This document shows positions 27,098 through 37,707 of a DNA stretch of 64,000 nt, piece after piece. How positions within the stretch are numbered: position 1 is the first letter of the stretch; each line of letters opens with the position of its first letter. A program made the translations under genes and the position numbers. The stretch is taken from assembly GCA_003511165.1 (NCBI GenBank), contig DOJW01000008.1:106010-170009 (forward strand), in the 5' to 3' direction. Source of the stretch: Candidatus Babelota bacterium (lineage in GTDB: Bacteria > Babelota > Babeliae > Babelales > UBA12411). The notes below the pieces were generated by a model. That model did no database searches and was not told the origin of the DNA. It saw only the letters and a program-made list of their open reading frames with translations.

Positions 27098-28684
27098 ATG
27101 AAAAAGCTGTTTTTACCATTATTTCTATTTAATTTTTTCTTAATCAATCTAAAAGCAAGTGACCCTAATAATTATTATAATTTTTCTCTTGCAGAATATC
27201 ACTCCGTTCAAGGAGATTTAAAAAAGTCTCTAGATGCTTTCAATAAAATAACTCCTAGCAATTCGAAAGAACCACAAAAAGAATTACTCCGAACTCTTGA
27301 AGGCTTCGGGCGTTATGATTTGATAATCGAGCTTAAAGACAAATTTGCAAATGATGCAGAAGCACAACTAGCCGTTGTACAATCTTATCTTGCAACAGGC
27401 AAAAAAAATGAAGGCACAAAGCTTTTGGCGGAATTGCTTGAAAAAAATCCTACTAATCTAAAAATAGTAGCATTTCACATTTTCCTACTCATCGACGAAG
27501 AAAATTTTGACCAAGCGCTAAAAGCAATCGACCAATTTTTGGCAAGCAACCCAAAACAATCCAAAGAATTTAGTGATATTTACTTTTTGAAAGCAAAAAT
27601 ATTACTCCAACAGGAAAAAGTTGCCGAGGCGGAAACTACTATCGATACACTTCTTCGCATAGACAAAGAAAATGAAAATGGCTGGCTACTTAAAGCGGTA
27701 ATTGCCGAATTTAAAAAACAAAATAAAGAAGCTATCAAATATTATCTCTCTTATTTAAAAATTCGAGATAAAAAAGGTACTCCAAACCCAGTGGTACAAA
27801 AAAAGCTAATTCTACTTTTATTTGAACAAGAAATGTTTGCCGAAGCTATCGCAGAACTAGAAAAAGTCACAGATGATTCAGCGGAACATTTTTTTGATTT
27901 GGCTTTAATTTGTTGGAAAGGGAAACATTGGGACAAAGCCAAAAATTACATATCTATCGCTTTAGAAAAAAATTCGCACCTAGCTAATGCAAAAGCTTTA
28001 AAAACTGAAATTTTATTCGGCATAACGCTACAAGAACCAAATAAACAATTAGTAAAAGAACATTTAATTGTGCTTCTAAATTATCTAAAAGACTGGATAA
28101 TGGATGAACCTGATAATCTTACGCCCTTAGAGTCACTTCTTGCATTAAAAAAAATAGGGCTAACAAACGAAACTATTTTTAAAATCTTGCATCATGTAAT
28201 TGCGCAAAATAAACAAAGTAAACAAATTTTCATTTTTTTAGCCGATTTATATTTAGCTGATAAAAACTTAGAAAAAAGCCTTTATTATTATCAAAAAGCT
28301 TTGGAGTTAAATAACGATGAAACATTAAGGCCTAAAATTTTATATCCAATTGCATATTTAAATTTTGTTCTTGAAAAAAATTCTGAAGTTGAAAAGCCAC
28401 TAAAAGAGATAATTGCGCTAAAAAAAATCTATCCGCAAGCTTATAATCTTTTAGCTTATTTTTATGCTTCAAATAATCAAAATTTCGACTATGCTTATGA
28501 ATTAGTTACCGGCGCGCTAAAATATGAACCTAAAAACTTAGCATTCTTAGACACAAAAGGTTTTATTCTTGCAAAACAGGGAAAAATCAAAGAAGCAGTT
28601 GAAATATTTAGCGAAGCGTTAAAAATTGATCCTCAAAACAAAATTATAAAAGAACACTTATTAAGTTATGCTTACACACATTGA
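27098..28684 (+). CDS. secreted TPR-repeat protein
   Basis: Signal MKKLFLPLFLFNFFLINLKA. Multiple 34-aa A-x-x-x-(F/Y)-x-x-A(L/I) helical repeats (for example LEKSLYYYQKALELN, IKEAVEIFSEALKIDPQN). Confidence 0.75.
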   Translation: MKKLFLPLFLFNFFLINLKASDPNNYYNFSLAEYHSVQGDLKKSLDAFNKITPSNSKEPQKELLRTLEGFGRYDLIIELKDKFANDAEAQLAVVQSYLATGKKNEGTKLLAELLEKNPTNLKIVAFHIFLLIDEENFDQALKAIDQFLASNPKQSKEFSDIYFLKAKILLQQEKVAEAETTIDTLLRIDKENENGWLLKAVIAEFKKQNKEAIKYYLSYLKIRDKKGTPNPVVQKKLILLLFEQEMFAEAIAELEKVTDDSAEHFFDLALICWKGKHWDKAKNYISIALEKNSHLANAKALKTEILFGITLQEPNKQLVKEHLIVLLNYLKDWIMDEPDNLTPLESLLALKKIGLTNETIFKILHHVIAQNKQSKQIFIFLADLYLADKNLEKSLYYYQKALELNNDETLRPKILYPIAYLNFVLEKNSEVEKPLKEIIALKKIYPQAYNLLAYFYASNNQNFDYAYELVTGALKYEPKNLAFLDTKGFILAKQGKIKEAVEIFSEALKIDPQNKIIKEHLLSYAYTH

Positions 28685-29822
28685 AAATAAAAAATATCTA
28701 GCCATAGCCGCTGGTGGCTCTGGTGGGCACATTCTTCCAGCTTTTACTTTGGCTAAAAACTGGATGCTAGAAAATTCATCCGGCGAAATAATCTTTTTTG
28801 GCAGCGCAAAAAAAATAGATAAAAAAGTAACAGAAGAATTTAAAATCCAATTCATCAAAATTGATCTAAATTTAATCAATTTTCCAGGCAAAAAAGTTTG
28901 GCTTTATCCTAAATTTTGTTTTCAATTTTTAAAAACAATTCTCAAAAGTCGTAAAATTTTAAAAACGTATAAACCTACAAAAATTATCAGCACTGGCGGA
29001 TACCTCTCAATTCCAGTTTGCATCGCTGCCAAATACCTAAAAACTCCAATCGAAGCTTATGAGTTAAATGTAGTTCCAGGCAGAGCAACAAATTTTATAG
29101 CACCTTTTGCAAGCAAAATTTTTGTAGTATTTGAAAAATGCAAAGAATTGTTAACTATCAAAAATCAAAAACTAGAAAACAAAATATTCTTAGCTCCATA
29201 CCCAATTCGCTTTAACGAAAATGATAAAAGTTTTGATAAAAATGAATTTATTACATTAATAAACAAAAGATTCCAAAGCAAAGAAGATGTATTAAGCACC
29301 AAAGCTCATTTGAAATTAGGCTGCGGCAATCTCGAAGTTGATCCTTTTTACCCCTTTGATTTAAAAAGAAAGACTCTTTTTGTTTTAGGCGGTTCACAAG
29401 GTTCTTCTTATCTCAACGACTTATTTATTAAATGGTTAGAAAAAAACAAAGAAATTCAAAATAAAATCCAAATAATTCATCAAACAGGTCAAGGCCATGA
29501 TAAATTGGTTGCATCGTTTTATCGTTCAAATGAAATTCCCGCAATAGTTTTTAACTACAAAGACAAACTAAAAGATTACTTTTTGCTTTCTGATCTTGTG
29601 ATTTGTCGCGCTGGAGCAGGAACAATATTCGAACTTGAATTTTTTAATAAAAAAGCATTAATCATTCCGCTTCAAACCAAACAAACAGATCATCAAATAT
29701 TTAACGCCAAAGAGATGGTAAAAAAACATCCTAATTTATTCATCATCCAACAACAAACAAATATGCCTATGGATGATCTTGTAAATATTGATGAAAATAT
29801 TAAAAAATTAATTCAACTTTAA
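28668..29822 (+). CDS. murG: UDP-N-acetylglucosamine--N-acetylmuramyl-(pentapeptide) pyrophosphoryl-undecaprenol N-acetylglucosamine transferase
   Basis: N-terminal G-loop AAGGSGGHILPA, GGSQGS, CRAGAGTIFE. Overlaps the TPR gene by 17 nt. Confidence 0.88.
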   Translation: MLTHIENKKYLAIAAGGSGGHILPAFTLAKNWMLENSSGEIIFFGSAKKIDKKVTEEFKIQFIKIDLNLINFPGKKVWLYPKFCFQFLKTILKSRKILKTYKPTKIISTGGYLSIPVCIAAKYLKTPIEAYELNVVPGRATNFIAPFASKIFVVFEKCKELLTIKNQKLENKIFLAPYPIRFNENDKSFDKNEFITLINKRFQSKEDVLSTKAHLKLGCGNLEVDPFYPFDLKRKTLFVLGGSQGSSYLNDLFIKWLEKNKEIQNKIQIIHQTGQGHDKLVASFYRSNEIPAIVFNYKDKLKDYFLLSDLVICRAGAGTIFELEFFNKKALIIPLQTKQTDHQIFNAKEMVKKHPNLFIIQQQTNMPMDDLVNIDENIKKLIQL

Positions 29823-31366
29823 AAAATTGTTTTGTCTGTCATTTCTTTTGGAATATCAAGTTTCATAAATTTCAAAATTGTTGGCGCTATGGACGAAATT
29901 CCAAGCTTTATTGGGGCTGCAATTTTAATATTTAAAGGTTCTTTTGATACGGCCATAAAAGGAACAGGATTGGTCGTGTGACAACTTTTTGGATTACCTT
30001 GTTCATCAAGAACACATTCTGCATTTCCATGATCTGCAGTTACAAACAAAATTCCATTTTTATTTAAAACAACTTCTTTATACAAAATTGTAAGTTGTTG
30101 ATCCAAAACTTCGCATGCTTTTATCGTAGCCTCAAAATCTGCGCTATGGCCAACCATATCAGCATTAGCATAATTTACTAAATAAAAATCACAAACATCA
30201 TCGTTTAACGATTCTACTATTTTTTGTGTTATCTCATTTGCTGACATTTGCGGACATTGAATATAATTTTTGGTTTTTACAGAAGGAATTAAAATTCGAA
30301 TTTCGTTTGGCAAATTTTCTTCATTCATTCCATTGAAAAAATACGTAACATGCGCATACTTCTCCGTTTCTGCTATAGCAAATATTTTTTTATTATTTTT
30401 CACTAAAACATTCAAAAAAGTATTTTGTATTTTAACTTCATCTTCATCGAACAAAACAAACGCATTTAGATTTGATGCATAACAAGACATACAAACAAAA
30501 AATGATAATTTCAAATCCTTATTTACTTTAAACAATTTAAAATTAGGATTCGTTAAACATTCAGTAAGCTCTCTTGCTCTATCAGGTCTAAAATTAAAAA
30601 AAACAACACCGTCTCCACTCTGTACTCTTCCTTTTTCATCAAGCAAGATAGGTTTTACAAATTCATCACTATCACCATTTTCATAAGATTTTTTCAAAGC
30701 TTCTTGCCAATTCATTTCAGTTGAAACGATTTCTGGCTGAGTCAATATATTGCAACTTTTTTCTACCCTATCCCAATTTCTGTCGCGGTCCATCGCATAA
30801 AAACGACCATGAAGAGAAGCTATTTTGCCTATTCCAATTTTTTGTAAAAATGATTCTAATTGATTTAAATATTTAGTTGCAGATTTTGGAGAAGTATCAC
30901 GTCCGTCCAAAAATGGATGTACATAAACATTTTTTAGTCCTACATTTTTGGCCATTTCTAAAAATGCAAATAAATGATCGATATGGCTATGCACTCCGGC
31001 ATCAGAAAGTAAACCCATCAAATGAAGCGATTTATTTTCATCTTTTAATTTTTTAAAAAGATTTAAGATCTTTTCATTTTTAACAAAAGATCCATCTTTT
31101 ATAGCATCATCAACTTTTGCAAGAACGCTTTTAACAACTCGTCCGGACCCTATGGTTAAATGTCCAACCTCTGAGTTCCCCATAAAACCTTCCGGTAATC
31201 CAACAGCGCCTCCTGAAGCATTAAGTAATGTATTAGGATATTTTTTGAGCCAAGAGTTCCAAGTAGGCATTTTCGCAGCAGCTATAGCATTTCCATCTTG
31301 CAAAGAATTAAAACCAAAACCATCCAAAATGACTAAAAAAACAGGCGCTTTTTTCAAATTTTCCAT
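29819..31366 (-). CDS. gpmI: 2,3-bisphosphoglycerate-independent phosphoglycerate mutase
   Basis: LVILDGFG, MGNSEVGHLTIGSGR, VTADHGNAE. Start at ATG 31366 (MENLKK, with an AAGAAGG RBS) is preferred over the longest-ORF start at 31405. Confidence 0.92.
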   Translation of the reverse strand: MENLKKAPVFLVILDGFGFNSLQDGNAIAAAKMPTWNSWLKKYPNTLLNASGGAVGLPEGFMGNSEVGHLTIGSGRVVKSVLAKVDDAIKDGSFVKNEKILNLFKKLKDENKSLHLMGLLSDAGVHSHIDHLFAFLEMAKNVGLKNVYVHPFLDGRDTSPKSATKYLNQLESFLQKIGIGKIASLHGRFYAMDRDRNWDRVEKSCNILTQPEIVSTEMNWQEALKKSYENGDSDEFVKPILLDEKGRVQSGDGVVFFNFRPDRARELTECLTNPNFKLFKVNKDLKLSFFVCMSCYASNLNAFVLFDEDEVKIQNTFLNVLVKNNKKIFAIAETEKYAHVTYFFNGMNEENLPNEIRILIPSVKTKNYIQCPQMSANEITQKIVESLNDDVCDFYLVNYANADMVGHSADFEATIKACEVLDQQLTILYKEVVLNKNGILFVTADHGNAECVLDEQGNPKSCHTTNPVPFMAVSKEPLNIKIAAPIKLGISSIAPTILKFMKLDIPKEMTDKTIF

Positions 31367-31441
31367 CACAACCTTCTTATTTAAATAAAATATGCTAAAC
31401 TTCAAAAGTTAAATTTTTCATAAATGAAAGGATATAAAATA

Positions 31442-31915
31442 ATGAAAAAACTTATTTTACTTTTATCCATAATTTTTACACTATTTTTTCTCAACAAATC
31501 AACAATAAAAGCACAAGATAATCAAGAAAATAATATAGAAGATATCAGCTTCGAAGATTTGACACCAAATTTTAAATCAGAAAATTTACAAGAAAAATCA
31601 TTTTTAGCCAAAATATATGATCAAATAAAAGCTTCGCCAACTTATGCAAAAATTTTATGGAAATTATCTAAAAGCGAACTAAATATCGACCCTTCTAAAG
31701 AATTAACAGTAACAGAAAAAGCAAAAATCGCATTCAAAATGCTACAATTAATTTCTCATGAGACAAACGAACAAGTAAGCCCTTTGGCTTCCGCAGCATC
31801 TCAGCACGTTACAAACAATAAGGGGAAATATTTAACAGGGGCGGGCACATCGATTTTAGCTTTAGCGTTAATCTACTTTAAATCAGATTTGTTTGAATTA
31901 TCAAAACTTAAGTAA
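31442..31915 (+). CDS. hypothetical secreted protein
   Basis: Signal MKKLILLLSIIFTLFFLNKSTIKA. ATG 31442 is preferred (AAAGGA 8 nt upstream). No family recognised. Confidence 0.6.
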   Translation: MKKLILLLSIIFTLFFLNKSTIKAQDNQENNIEDISFEDLTPNFKSENLQEKSFLAKIYDQIKASPTYAKILWKLSKSELNIDPSKELTVTEKAKIAFKMLQLISHETNEQVSPLASAASQHVTNNKGKYLTGAGTSILALALIYFKSDLFELSKLK

Positions 31916-31920
31916 AACCC

Positions 31921-32682
31921 ATGAGTAATAAACATATTTTTGCATTATTCTTTAAAGATCTAAGCTCCAAAATTAATTCTTCAAAAAAAATTGTCCTACA
32001 AAATAAAGAGTTACTACAAAGAATCACCAAAATATTACGGCTTCGAACTGACGAAAACTTTATCCTGTTTGATAACAAATCAAATGGATTATTTTCGCTA
32101 TCAGCTGAAACATTCGCAAGCAAAGACACAACTTACGCAGAAATAATATCTATAAATGAAAACAAAAAATTAAAAACAAATATTGTCTTAGCTCTGCCAA
32201 TTCTCAAAAAAGAAGATTTTGAAACATCGGTTTGCAATGTATCGGCAATAGGAGCAAATATTATCCAACCAATTATTTCACAAAAAGTTCAGCGTAAATG
32301 GTATGGCGATAAAGAGCTAGAGCGACTACAAAAAATATCTGTTGCTGCATGTGAACAGTCCAAAAACTTTGCAATCCCACAAATTTTAAACCCTACCTCA
32401 TTTGAGAACTTTGTAGCAAAAATAAAAACCGAATATACAAATCATAAAAAAATAATTTTTGAAGACTCTACAAATCCTCTACTTGATTTGCTAAGTGATT
32501 TAAATAGCAAAAAACATTCGAACATTTTGGTAACTGTTGGTCCTGAAGGTGGTTATAACGAAGAAGAATTAAAAACATTTAGAGATTTAAATTTTGATTT
32601 TATAACATTAACACCTACGATTTTAAAAGCAGTTGAAGCTGTTACAATCGGAATCGGTGCTATAAAAAGCGTTGTGGAATAA
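31921..32682 (+). CDS. rsmE: 16S rRNA (uracil1498-N3)-methyltransferase RsmE
   Basis: C-terminal VGPEGGYNEEE...LTPTILKAVEA parallels the RsmE pattern GPEGG-x-x-x-E...LG-x-RILRAETA. Length 253 aa. Confidence 0.7.
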   Translation: MSNKHIFALFFKDLSSKINSSKKIVLQNKELLQRITKILRLRTDENFILFDNKSNGLFSLSAETFASKDTTYAEIISINENKKLKTNIVLALPILKKEDFETSVCNVSAIGANIIQPIISQKVQRKWYGDKELERLQKISVAACEQSKNFAIPQILNPTSFENFVAKIKTEYTNHKKIIFEDSTNPLLDLLSDLNSKKHSNILVTVGPEGGYNEEELKTFRDLNFDFITLTPTILKAVEAVTIGIGAIKSVVE

Positions 32683-32684
32683 AA

Positions 32685-33179
32685 ATGGAAAAATTAAACT
32701 TTGTTATAGAGTCATTTCAAACCAAATATCAAAATCAAGTAATAGACCTAATTTCAAACATTCAGCAAAATGAATTCTTTATAAAAATCACACCAGCAGA
32801 GCAACCGGATCTAAAAAATATTTCAGAGTTTTATCAAAAAAATAATGGAAACTTTTGGATTGCAACTTGCGGTGATAAAGTCATTGGTACAATTGCTCTA
32901 CTTGATATTGAAAATAATAAAGCAGCTTTAAGAAAAATGTTTGTAGATAAAGATTATAGAGGTAAAGAAATAGGAATCGCAAAACAACTTCTTGATAATC
33001 TTTTAGATTGGGCAAAAGAGCACAATATTAAAACAATATTTCTTGGAACGACTCCTGCATTTCTCGCCGCACACAGATTTTACGAAAAAAATGGTTTTAC
33101 CGAAATAACAGAGCAAGATCTTCCTAAAAATTTTCCAATCATTAATGTGGACAAAAAATTCTATAAAAAATCGTTGTAA
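32685..33179 (+). CDS. GNAT-family N-acetyltransferase
   Basis: LRKMFVDKDYRGKEIGIAKQLL ... AHRFYEKNGF. Confidence 0.85.
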   Translation: MEKLNFVIESFQTKYQNQVIDLISNIQQNEFFIKITPAEQPDLKNISEFYQKNNGNFWIATCGDKVIGTIALLDIENNKAALRKMFVDKDYRGKEIGIAKQLLDNLLDWAKEHNIKTIFLGTTPAFLAAHRFYEKNGFTEITEQDLPKNFPIINVDKKFYKKSL

Positions 33180-33255
33180 AAAAAATCAGTTGGTCGCATG
33201 CAAAATATCTTCAGATGGACCAACTAAAATTATTGAAAGTTTTTAATTTGATCAA

Positions 33256-34038
33256 TCATTCCTCAGATGGGCTAGGGCCGAAAGCACCTTTTTCTCTTTG
33301 GAAAACCTTAAATTCATCCAATACCATGCTCCATCCGAAACCTTCTCTGCAGCTTCTCATAACATTTTCTAACGCTACAAATTCAGCCAATTTTTCTGGA
33401 ATTATTTCTCCAGAATTAGGAGAACAATATTCATCAAAAAGGTATTCCGCCATAAACAGTATATTCTTACGTAATGGCTTTTTTCTAAAAAGTGATAATT
33501 TCTGTTCTTCTGAACAAATAATCTTATTAATCCATTCTATAAAAATTTCAAAATCAGAAAGTTTAACATTACGAATATTAAAAACTTTATATGCTTCTAA
33601 ATGCTGTTTACCTTCAAGCTTTTCTATGTAATACGCTTTTACAATTTGCTCATAATTAAAAAGCTTAAATGTTTCCAAAACTCTTAAAACTGCAAATAGT
33701 TTTTCTTTGTTTTGATAAAATGCATTTTGTTGCAAGATTGAAAAAACCTGTTGATACACCAAAGAATCATAGTAATAAGAGCGAGCAAACTCCTTTGTCA
33801 AAAGCGCAGCTCCATTTTCTAAACCGAATACACAATTTAAAATAGGCATTGCTATTTCGTAATCAGAGCTAGAACAATCGGCATTGTATACGTTATATGC
33901 AAGCGAAACATGAGGAAACACGCTATTTGCAAACATATCATCTACACCAATTTTACCCCCATCATTGAATATAATTTTAAAGGGAGAAATTTGTAAACTA
34001 ATCAAAGCTAAAAAAACTATCATTACTACTTTTTTCAT
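33256..34038 (-). CDS. hypothetical secreted protein
   Basis: 260-aa ORF with signal MKKVVMIVFLALISLQISPF and an AAGGAA RBS. No family recognised. Confidence 0.6.
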   Translation of the reverse strand: MKKVVMIVFLALISLQISPFKIIFNDGGKIGVDDMFANSVFPHVSLAYNVYNADCSSSDYEIAMPILNCVFGLENGAALLTKEFARSYYYDSLVYQQVFSILQQNAFYQNKEKLFAVLRVLETFKLFNYEQIVKAYYIEKLEGKQHLEAYKVFNIRNVKLSDFEIFIEWINKIICSEEQKLSLFRKKPLRKNILFMAEYLFDEYCSPNSGEIIPEKLAEFVALENVMRSCREGFGWSMVLDEFKVFQREKGAFGPSPSEE

Positions 34039-34086
34039 ATTTTTCCTTTTTTATTTTTTAAATTTATAACTCTTATTTTTATTTAT

Positions 34087-35472
34087 TTAAAATTCTGCAT
34101 GACCAGGATAACGAGGGAATGCTATAACATCACGAATATTTTCCATGCCTGTCACAAGTCTAATAAGTCTTTCAAATCCCAATCCAAAACCTGCATGAGG
34201 AACAGATCCGAATTTGCGCAATTCCAAATACCACCAATAATTTTGTTTATCAAGTCCAAGCTCATCCATGCGTTTTTCAAGCAATTGTAAATTGTCTTCA
34301 CGCTGACTACCGCCAATAATTTCTCCAATTCCACCAACTAAAACATCCATAGCTGCTACAGTTTTACCGTCCTCGTTTTGTTTCATGTAAAAAGATTTAA
34401 TCTCTTTTGGATAGTTGATCAAAATGACAGGTTTTTTGAAATATTCTTCAACCAAATATCTTTCATGCTCGGACTGCAAATCAGATCCCCACTCAATTGG
34501 AAATTCAAATTTTTTGTCAGCATTTTTTAAAATTTCTATCGCTTTGGTATAAGGTAACCTTTCAAATGGTTGCTCAACTATATGATTTAAACGGTCAATC
34601 AAACCTTTGGAAATCATCTTGTCAAAAAATTGTAAATCTTCCATGCAATTATCTAATGCATACTTAACGCAAAATTTTAAATAATTTTCTGCACAATTCA
34701 TATCATCAACAAGTTCTGCAAATGCCATCTCAGGTTCGATCATCCAAAACTCTGCCAAATGCCGTGCAGTGTTTGAATTTTCAGCTCTAAACGTCGGGCC
34801 AAATGTGTAAATATTTCCTAAGGAACATGCATAACATTCGCCTTCAAGCTGCCCTGAGACTGTTAAAAAAGCAGGCTTTGCAAAAAAATCTTGTTCATAA
34901 TCAATTTTACCGATTTTATCTTTTGGCAACTTTTCAAAATCCAAAGTTGAAACTTTAAACATCTGTCCTGCACCTTCACAGTCGGATGCAGTAATAATCG
35001 GAGTTTGAATATATAAAAATCCATTTTCTTGAAAAAATTTGTGCGTAGCAAAAGAAAGTGCACTTCGAACGCGAGTCACAGCACCCAAAGTATTTGTGCG
35101 AGGACGAATATGTGCGATAGTTCTTAAGAATTCAAATGTATGATGTTTTTTTTGCAATGGATAAATTTCAGGATCACATTCACCAATTATTTCTACTTTT
35201 TTTGCATGAAGTTCAAACGATTGTTCTTTCCCTGGACTTTTTACTAAATCTCCAAAAACAGAGATAGAAGCTCCAGTTGTAGCTTTTTTCATTATCTCTT
35301 CATAATTTTCAATTTTAGCATCAACAACAACTTGCAAGTTGGAAAAACAAGAACCATCATTAATTTCGACAAACGAAAAATCTTTAAGATTTCTAGAACT
35401 TTTGATCCATCCTTTGACAAGAAGATCCTTACCCAAACTATTTGTCGTGATTGATTTGATTTTTGTGATCAT
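34087..35472 (-). CDS. asnS: asparagine--tRNA ligase
   Basis: Class II motifs [39 protein letters not shown]. Length 461 aa. Confidence 0.93.
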   Translation of the reverse strand: MITKIKSITTNSLGKDLLVKGWIKSSRNLKDFSFVEINDGSCFSNLQVVVDAKIENYEEIMKKATTGASISVFGDLVKSPGKEQSFELHAKKVEIIGECDPEIYPLQKKHHTFEFLRTIAHIRPRTNTLGAVTRVRSALSFATHKFFQENGFLYIQTPIITASDCEGAGQMFKVSTLDFEKLPKDKIGKIDYEQDFFAKPAFLTVSGQLEGECYACSLGNIYTFGPTFRAENSNTARHLAEFWMIEPEMAFAELVDDMNCAENYLKFCVKYALDNCMEDLQFFDKMISKGLIDRLNHIVEQPFERLPYTKAIEILKNADKKFEFPIEWGSDLQSEHERYLVEEYFKKPVILINYPKEIKSFYMKQNEDGKTVAAMDVLVGGIGEIIGGSQREDNLQLLEKRMDELGLDKQNYWWYLELRKFGSVPHAGFGLGFERLIRLVTGMENIRDVIAFPRYPGHAEF

Positions 35473-35551
35473 TAGAAAGCTCCCTAAATTTGAAGCAAAA
35501 ATTTTTTAAAAATTTATTTCACACATTGTGAAAAGATATCTCAATTTTTAC

Positions 35552-35584
35552 AAAAAAAAAAGGAGCTGCAAAATTTGCAGCTCC
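35552..35584 (-). terminator. rho-independent terminator directly after the tmRNA CCA end
   Basis: Stem GGAGCTGCA 35562-35570 / TGCAGCTCC 35576-35584, with a T10 run on the minus strand (35552-35561). Confidence 0.85.
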
Positions 35585-35591
35585 AAAAAAT

Positions 35592-35964
35592 TGGTGGAGG
35601 CGATGGGAATTGAACCCATGTCCGAAACAATATGTAAACTAAGCACTACATGTTTAGCCTTCGAATATACTACTGATTCATCTCAAAGGCAAAAAATTAA
35701 ATCACAGCCAGTTTAGTGATATGATCTAGCTACTAAACCAAAAAATCTTGCTAGAAAATTCTATCTGATTAATACAAGTTAGATTAGCTGATAGCCACGC
35801 CGCACTAACAGGAGTCAAGCTAAATAACTGAGTTAATTAAGCTTGAGCTGCAGAATATTGTCCTGCACTTATTGTTTTTGCTTTAGTTCTTTAACGAGTT
35901 CCCAAAACAAAACTCGACATGCTCTCAAGTCGACACGTTATCCCGTCGAAACCGTGACGCCCCC
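35592..35964 (-). ncRNA. ssrA: transfer-messenger RNA (tmRNA)
   Basis: Minus-strand read: 5' GGGGGCGTCACGGTTTCGACGGGATAACG ... 3' GGACATGGGTTCAATTCCCATCGCCTCCACCA. The acceptor stem has a G3:U pair and there is a T-arm. Internal ORF GCA AAA ACA ATA AGT GCA GGA CAA TAT TCT GCA GCT CAA GCT TAA. Confidence 0.93.
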
Positions 35965-36100
35965 AAGTTTTCAAATTTTTTGGGGTAATTTCAAAGAATT
36001 GATATTTCTACTTGTCAATTTTAATTGTAACAATCTCAAGTTTTTGTGTCAATTAAATATAAGCTTTATTTTTATTAATTTTACAATATTATATTAGATT

Positions 36101-36934
36101 ATGAAAAAACACCAAAAATTCGATAAAAAACCATATTTTTCTTATCACAATCGCGACGAAAATGATGGATTTCCAAGAAAAAAGAAAGCCTACGGTCAGC
36201 ATTTTTTGAGGAAACAATCAGTCGTTGACCATATGATTGCTGAAGTAAAAATTGATGAAAACACAACAATTATGGAAATCGGGTGTGGTGACGGATTTTT
36301 AACTGAGTCAATTTTATCTCAAACAAACTGTAAAAACTTAATTTGCTACGAAATTGATCCAGAATGGGCAGAAGTTGTAAGAAATAAAATATCAGATCCA
36401 AGACTCGAAATTATAGAAAAAAATATCTTAGAAGTTGAGTTTGAAAGTTTAAAAGAAAAACAACCACTCGTTATACTCGCAAACCTTCCATATCAAATAA
36501 CATTTCCAATATTTTTCTTATTTTTGAAACATAAACATCTTTTCAATGAAGGTGTTGTAATGATTCAAGAAGAAGTTGCACAAAAAATAGTTTCCAAAAC
36601 TGGAAAAAGTTACAGCGCAACAAGTTTATTTTTACAAAATCATTTCGAATTCAAATTGCTAGAAAAAGTAGAACCGGGAGCATTTAGCCCACCGCCAAAA
36701 GTTTTTTCACGTCTGATTTATTTCAAACCAAAAAGCGAAACTCTGCAAATACCACAAGAAGAGAATTTTTGGAAATTTCTAAAACTTTGTTTCCATCAAC
36801 CACGAAGAACCCTAAGAAATAACTTGGTATCAAATCATTACAGTCTTGAAACTTTTTCAGAAAAATTTTTAAATTCTCGCGCTCAGCAACTTTCAATACA
36901 TGATTTTTTAGAAGCTTGGTCTAAATTAATTTAA
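36101..36934 (+). CDS. rsmA: 16S rRNA (adenine1518/1519-N6)-dimethyltransferase RsmA/KsgA
   Basis: GQHFL, SAM motif IMEIGCGDGFLT, ANLPYQIT. Confidence 0.92.
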   Translation: MKKHQKFDKKPYFSYHNRDENDGFPRKKKAYGQHFLRKQSVVDHMIAEVKIDENTTIMEIGCGDGFLTESILSQTNCKNLICYEIDPEWAEVVRNKISDPRLEIIEKNILEVEFESLKEKQPLVILANLPYQITFPIFFLFLKHKHLFNEGVVMIQEEVAQKIVSKTGKSYSATSLFLQNHFEFKLLEKVEPGAFSPPPKVFSRLIYFKPKSETLQIPQEENFWKFLKLCFHQPRRTLRNNLVSNHYSLETFSEKFLNSRAQQLSIHDFLEAWSKLI

Positions 36935-37563
36935 ATCTTTTTTAAATAATCAAAAACAATTTTGCTCCAAGATTCCATCTTCGTATAAAATCGCAAGAGT
37001 TCAGGAATTGAATACAAATTTCCTTGTTTTAATTCCGAACGAACATCAATTCTGCTACTATCGCCTTCAAGCAAAAAAATAAATCCCGTGTGAACGGATC
37101 CTACAGCATCACTTTCGTCATTTAATAATCCAATAGGTTTGATATTAAAAGAACCACCATAATAAATCTCTTCTGAAAATTCTCTTGTAGCCCAAGATGT
37201 TATATCTCCATTTACAAGATCTTCTTTTCGAATATGGCCACCTATTCCCAAAGAATATTTATTTTTCAATCTTGATTCAGAAGCAGATGATTTCCGCTGC
37301 ATAAGAAAAAATTTATCTTTATAAGAAAAAACTAAATAAGGGATAATTTGCTTATAATTGGTATCTTCTTCTACTAAACTTCTTTTTAAAAAAATTCCTT
37401 TAGACAATATCAATTTTTCATATTCCGCTACATCAACAAATTGTAAACCGTCAATTACTCCATACGGAAATAAAAATTCACGTCTTACGACTAGAATCTC
37501 CTCTTCAACAGAATTTAATATTATTTTGGGATTTTTACTTTTTTGAATTTTGCAGGACTGCAT
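36931..37563 (-). CDS. NUDIX-like (YmaB-type) hydrolase
   Basis: QIIPYLVFSYKDKFFLMQR...LGIGGHIRKED...TREFSEEI is a degenerate Nudix box. Confidence 0.45.
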   Translation of the reverse strand: MQSCKIQKSKNPKIILNSVEEEILVVRREFLFPYGVIDGLQFVDVAEYEKLILSKGIFLKRSLVEEDTNYKQIIPYLVFSYKDKFFLMQRKSSASESRLKNKYSLGIGGHIRKEDLVNGDITSWATREFSEEIYYGGSFNIKPIGLLNDESDAVGSVHTGFIFLLEGDSSRIDVRSELKQGNLYSIPELLRFYTKMESWSKIVFDYLKKI

Positions 37564-37707
37564 AAAAGACTCCTACTTAATAAAAAGATTTTTAAGCTTT
37601 ACCAAAGCTAAAAAAGAAATTAATTCTAAAGATAATAAACTAAAAAAGCTCAATCTAAAACATAATTTTAATTTTTAGATTGAGCTTTTGTTTTATTTTA
37701 TGGAATT

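Noticed and set aside
33215-33631. 138-aa plus-strand ORF
   Set aside because: It lies entirely antisense to the longer 33256..34038 ORF, which has a signal peptide and an AAGGAA RBS. Its composition is low-complexity Ser/Leu, typical of an antisense frame.
35528-36097. ORFs 35528..35716 and 35843..36097 (+)
   Set aside because: They overlap the tmRNA gene on the opposite strand. The conserved tmRNA ends and T-arm explain this region.
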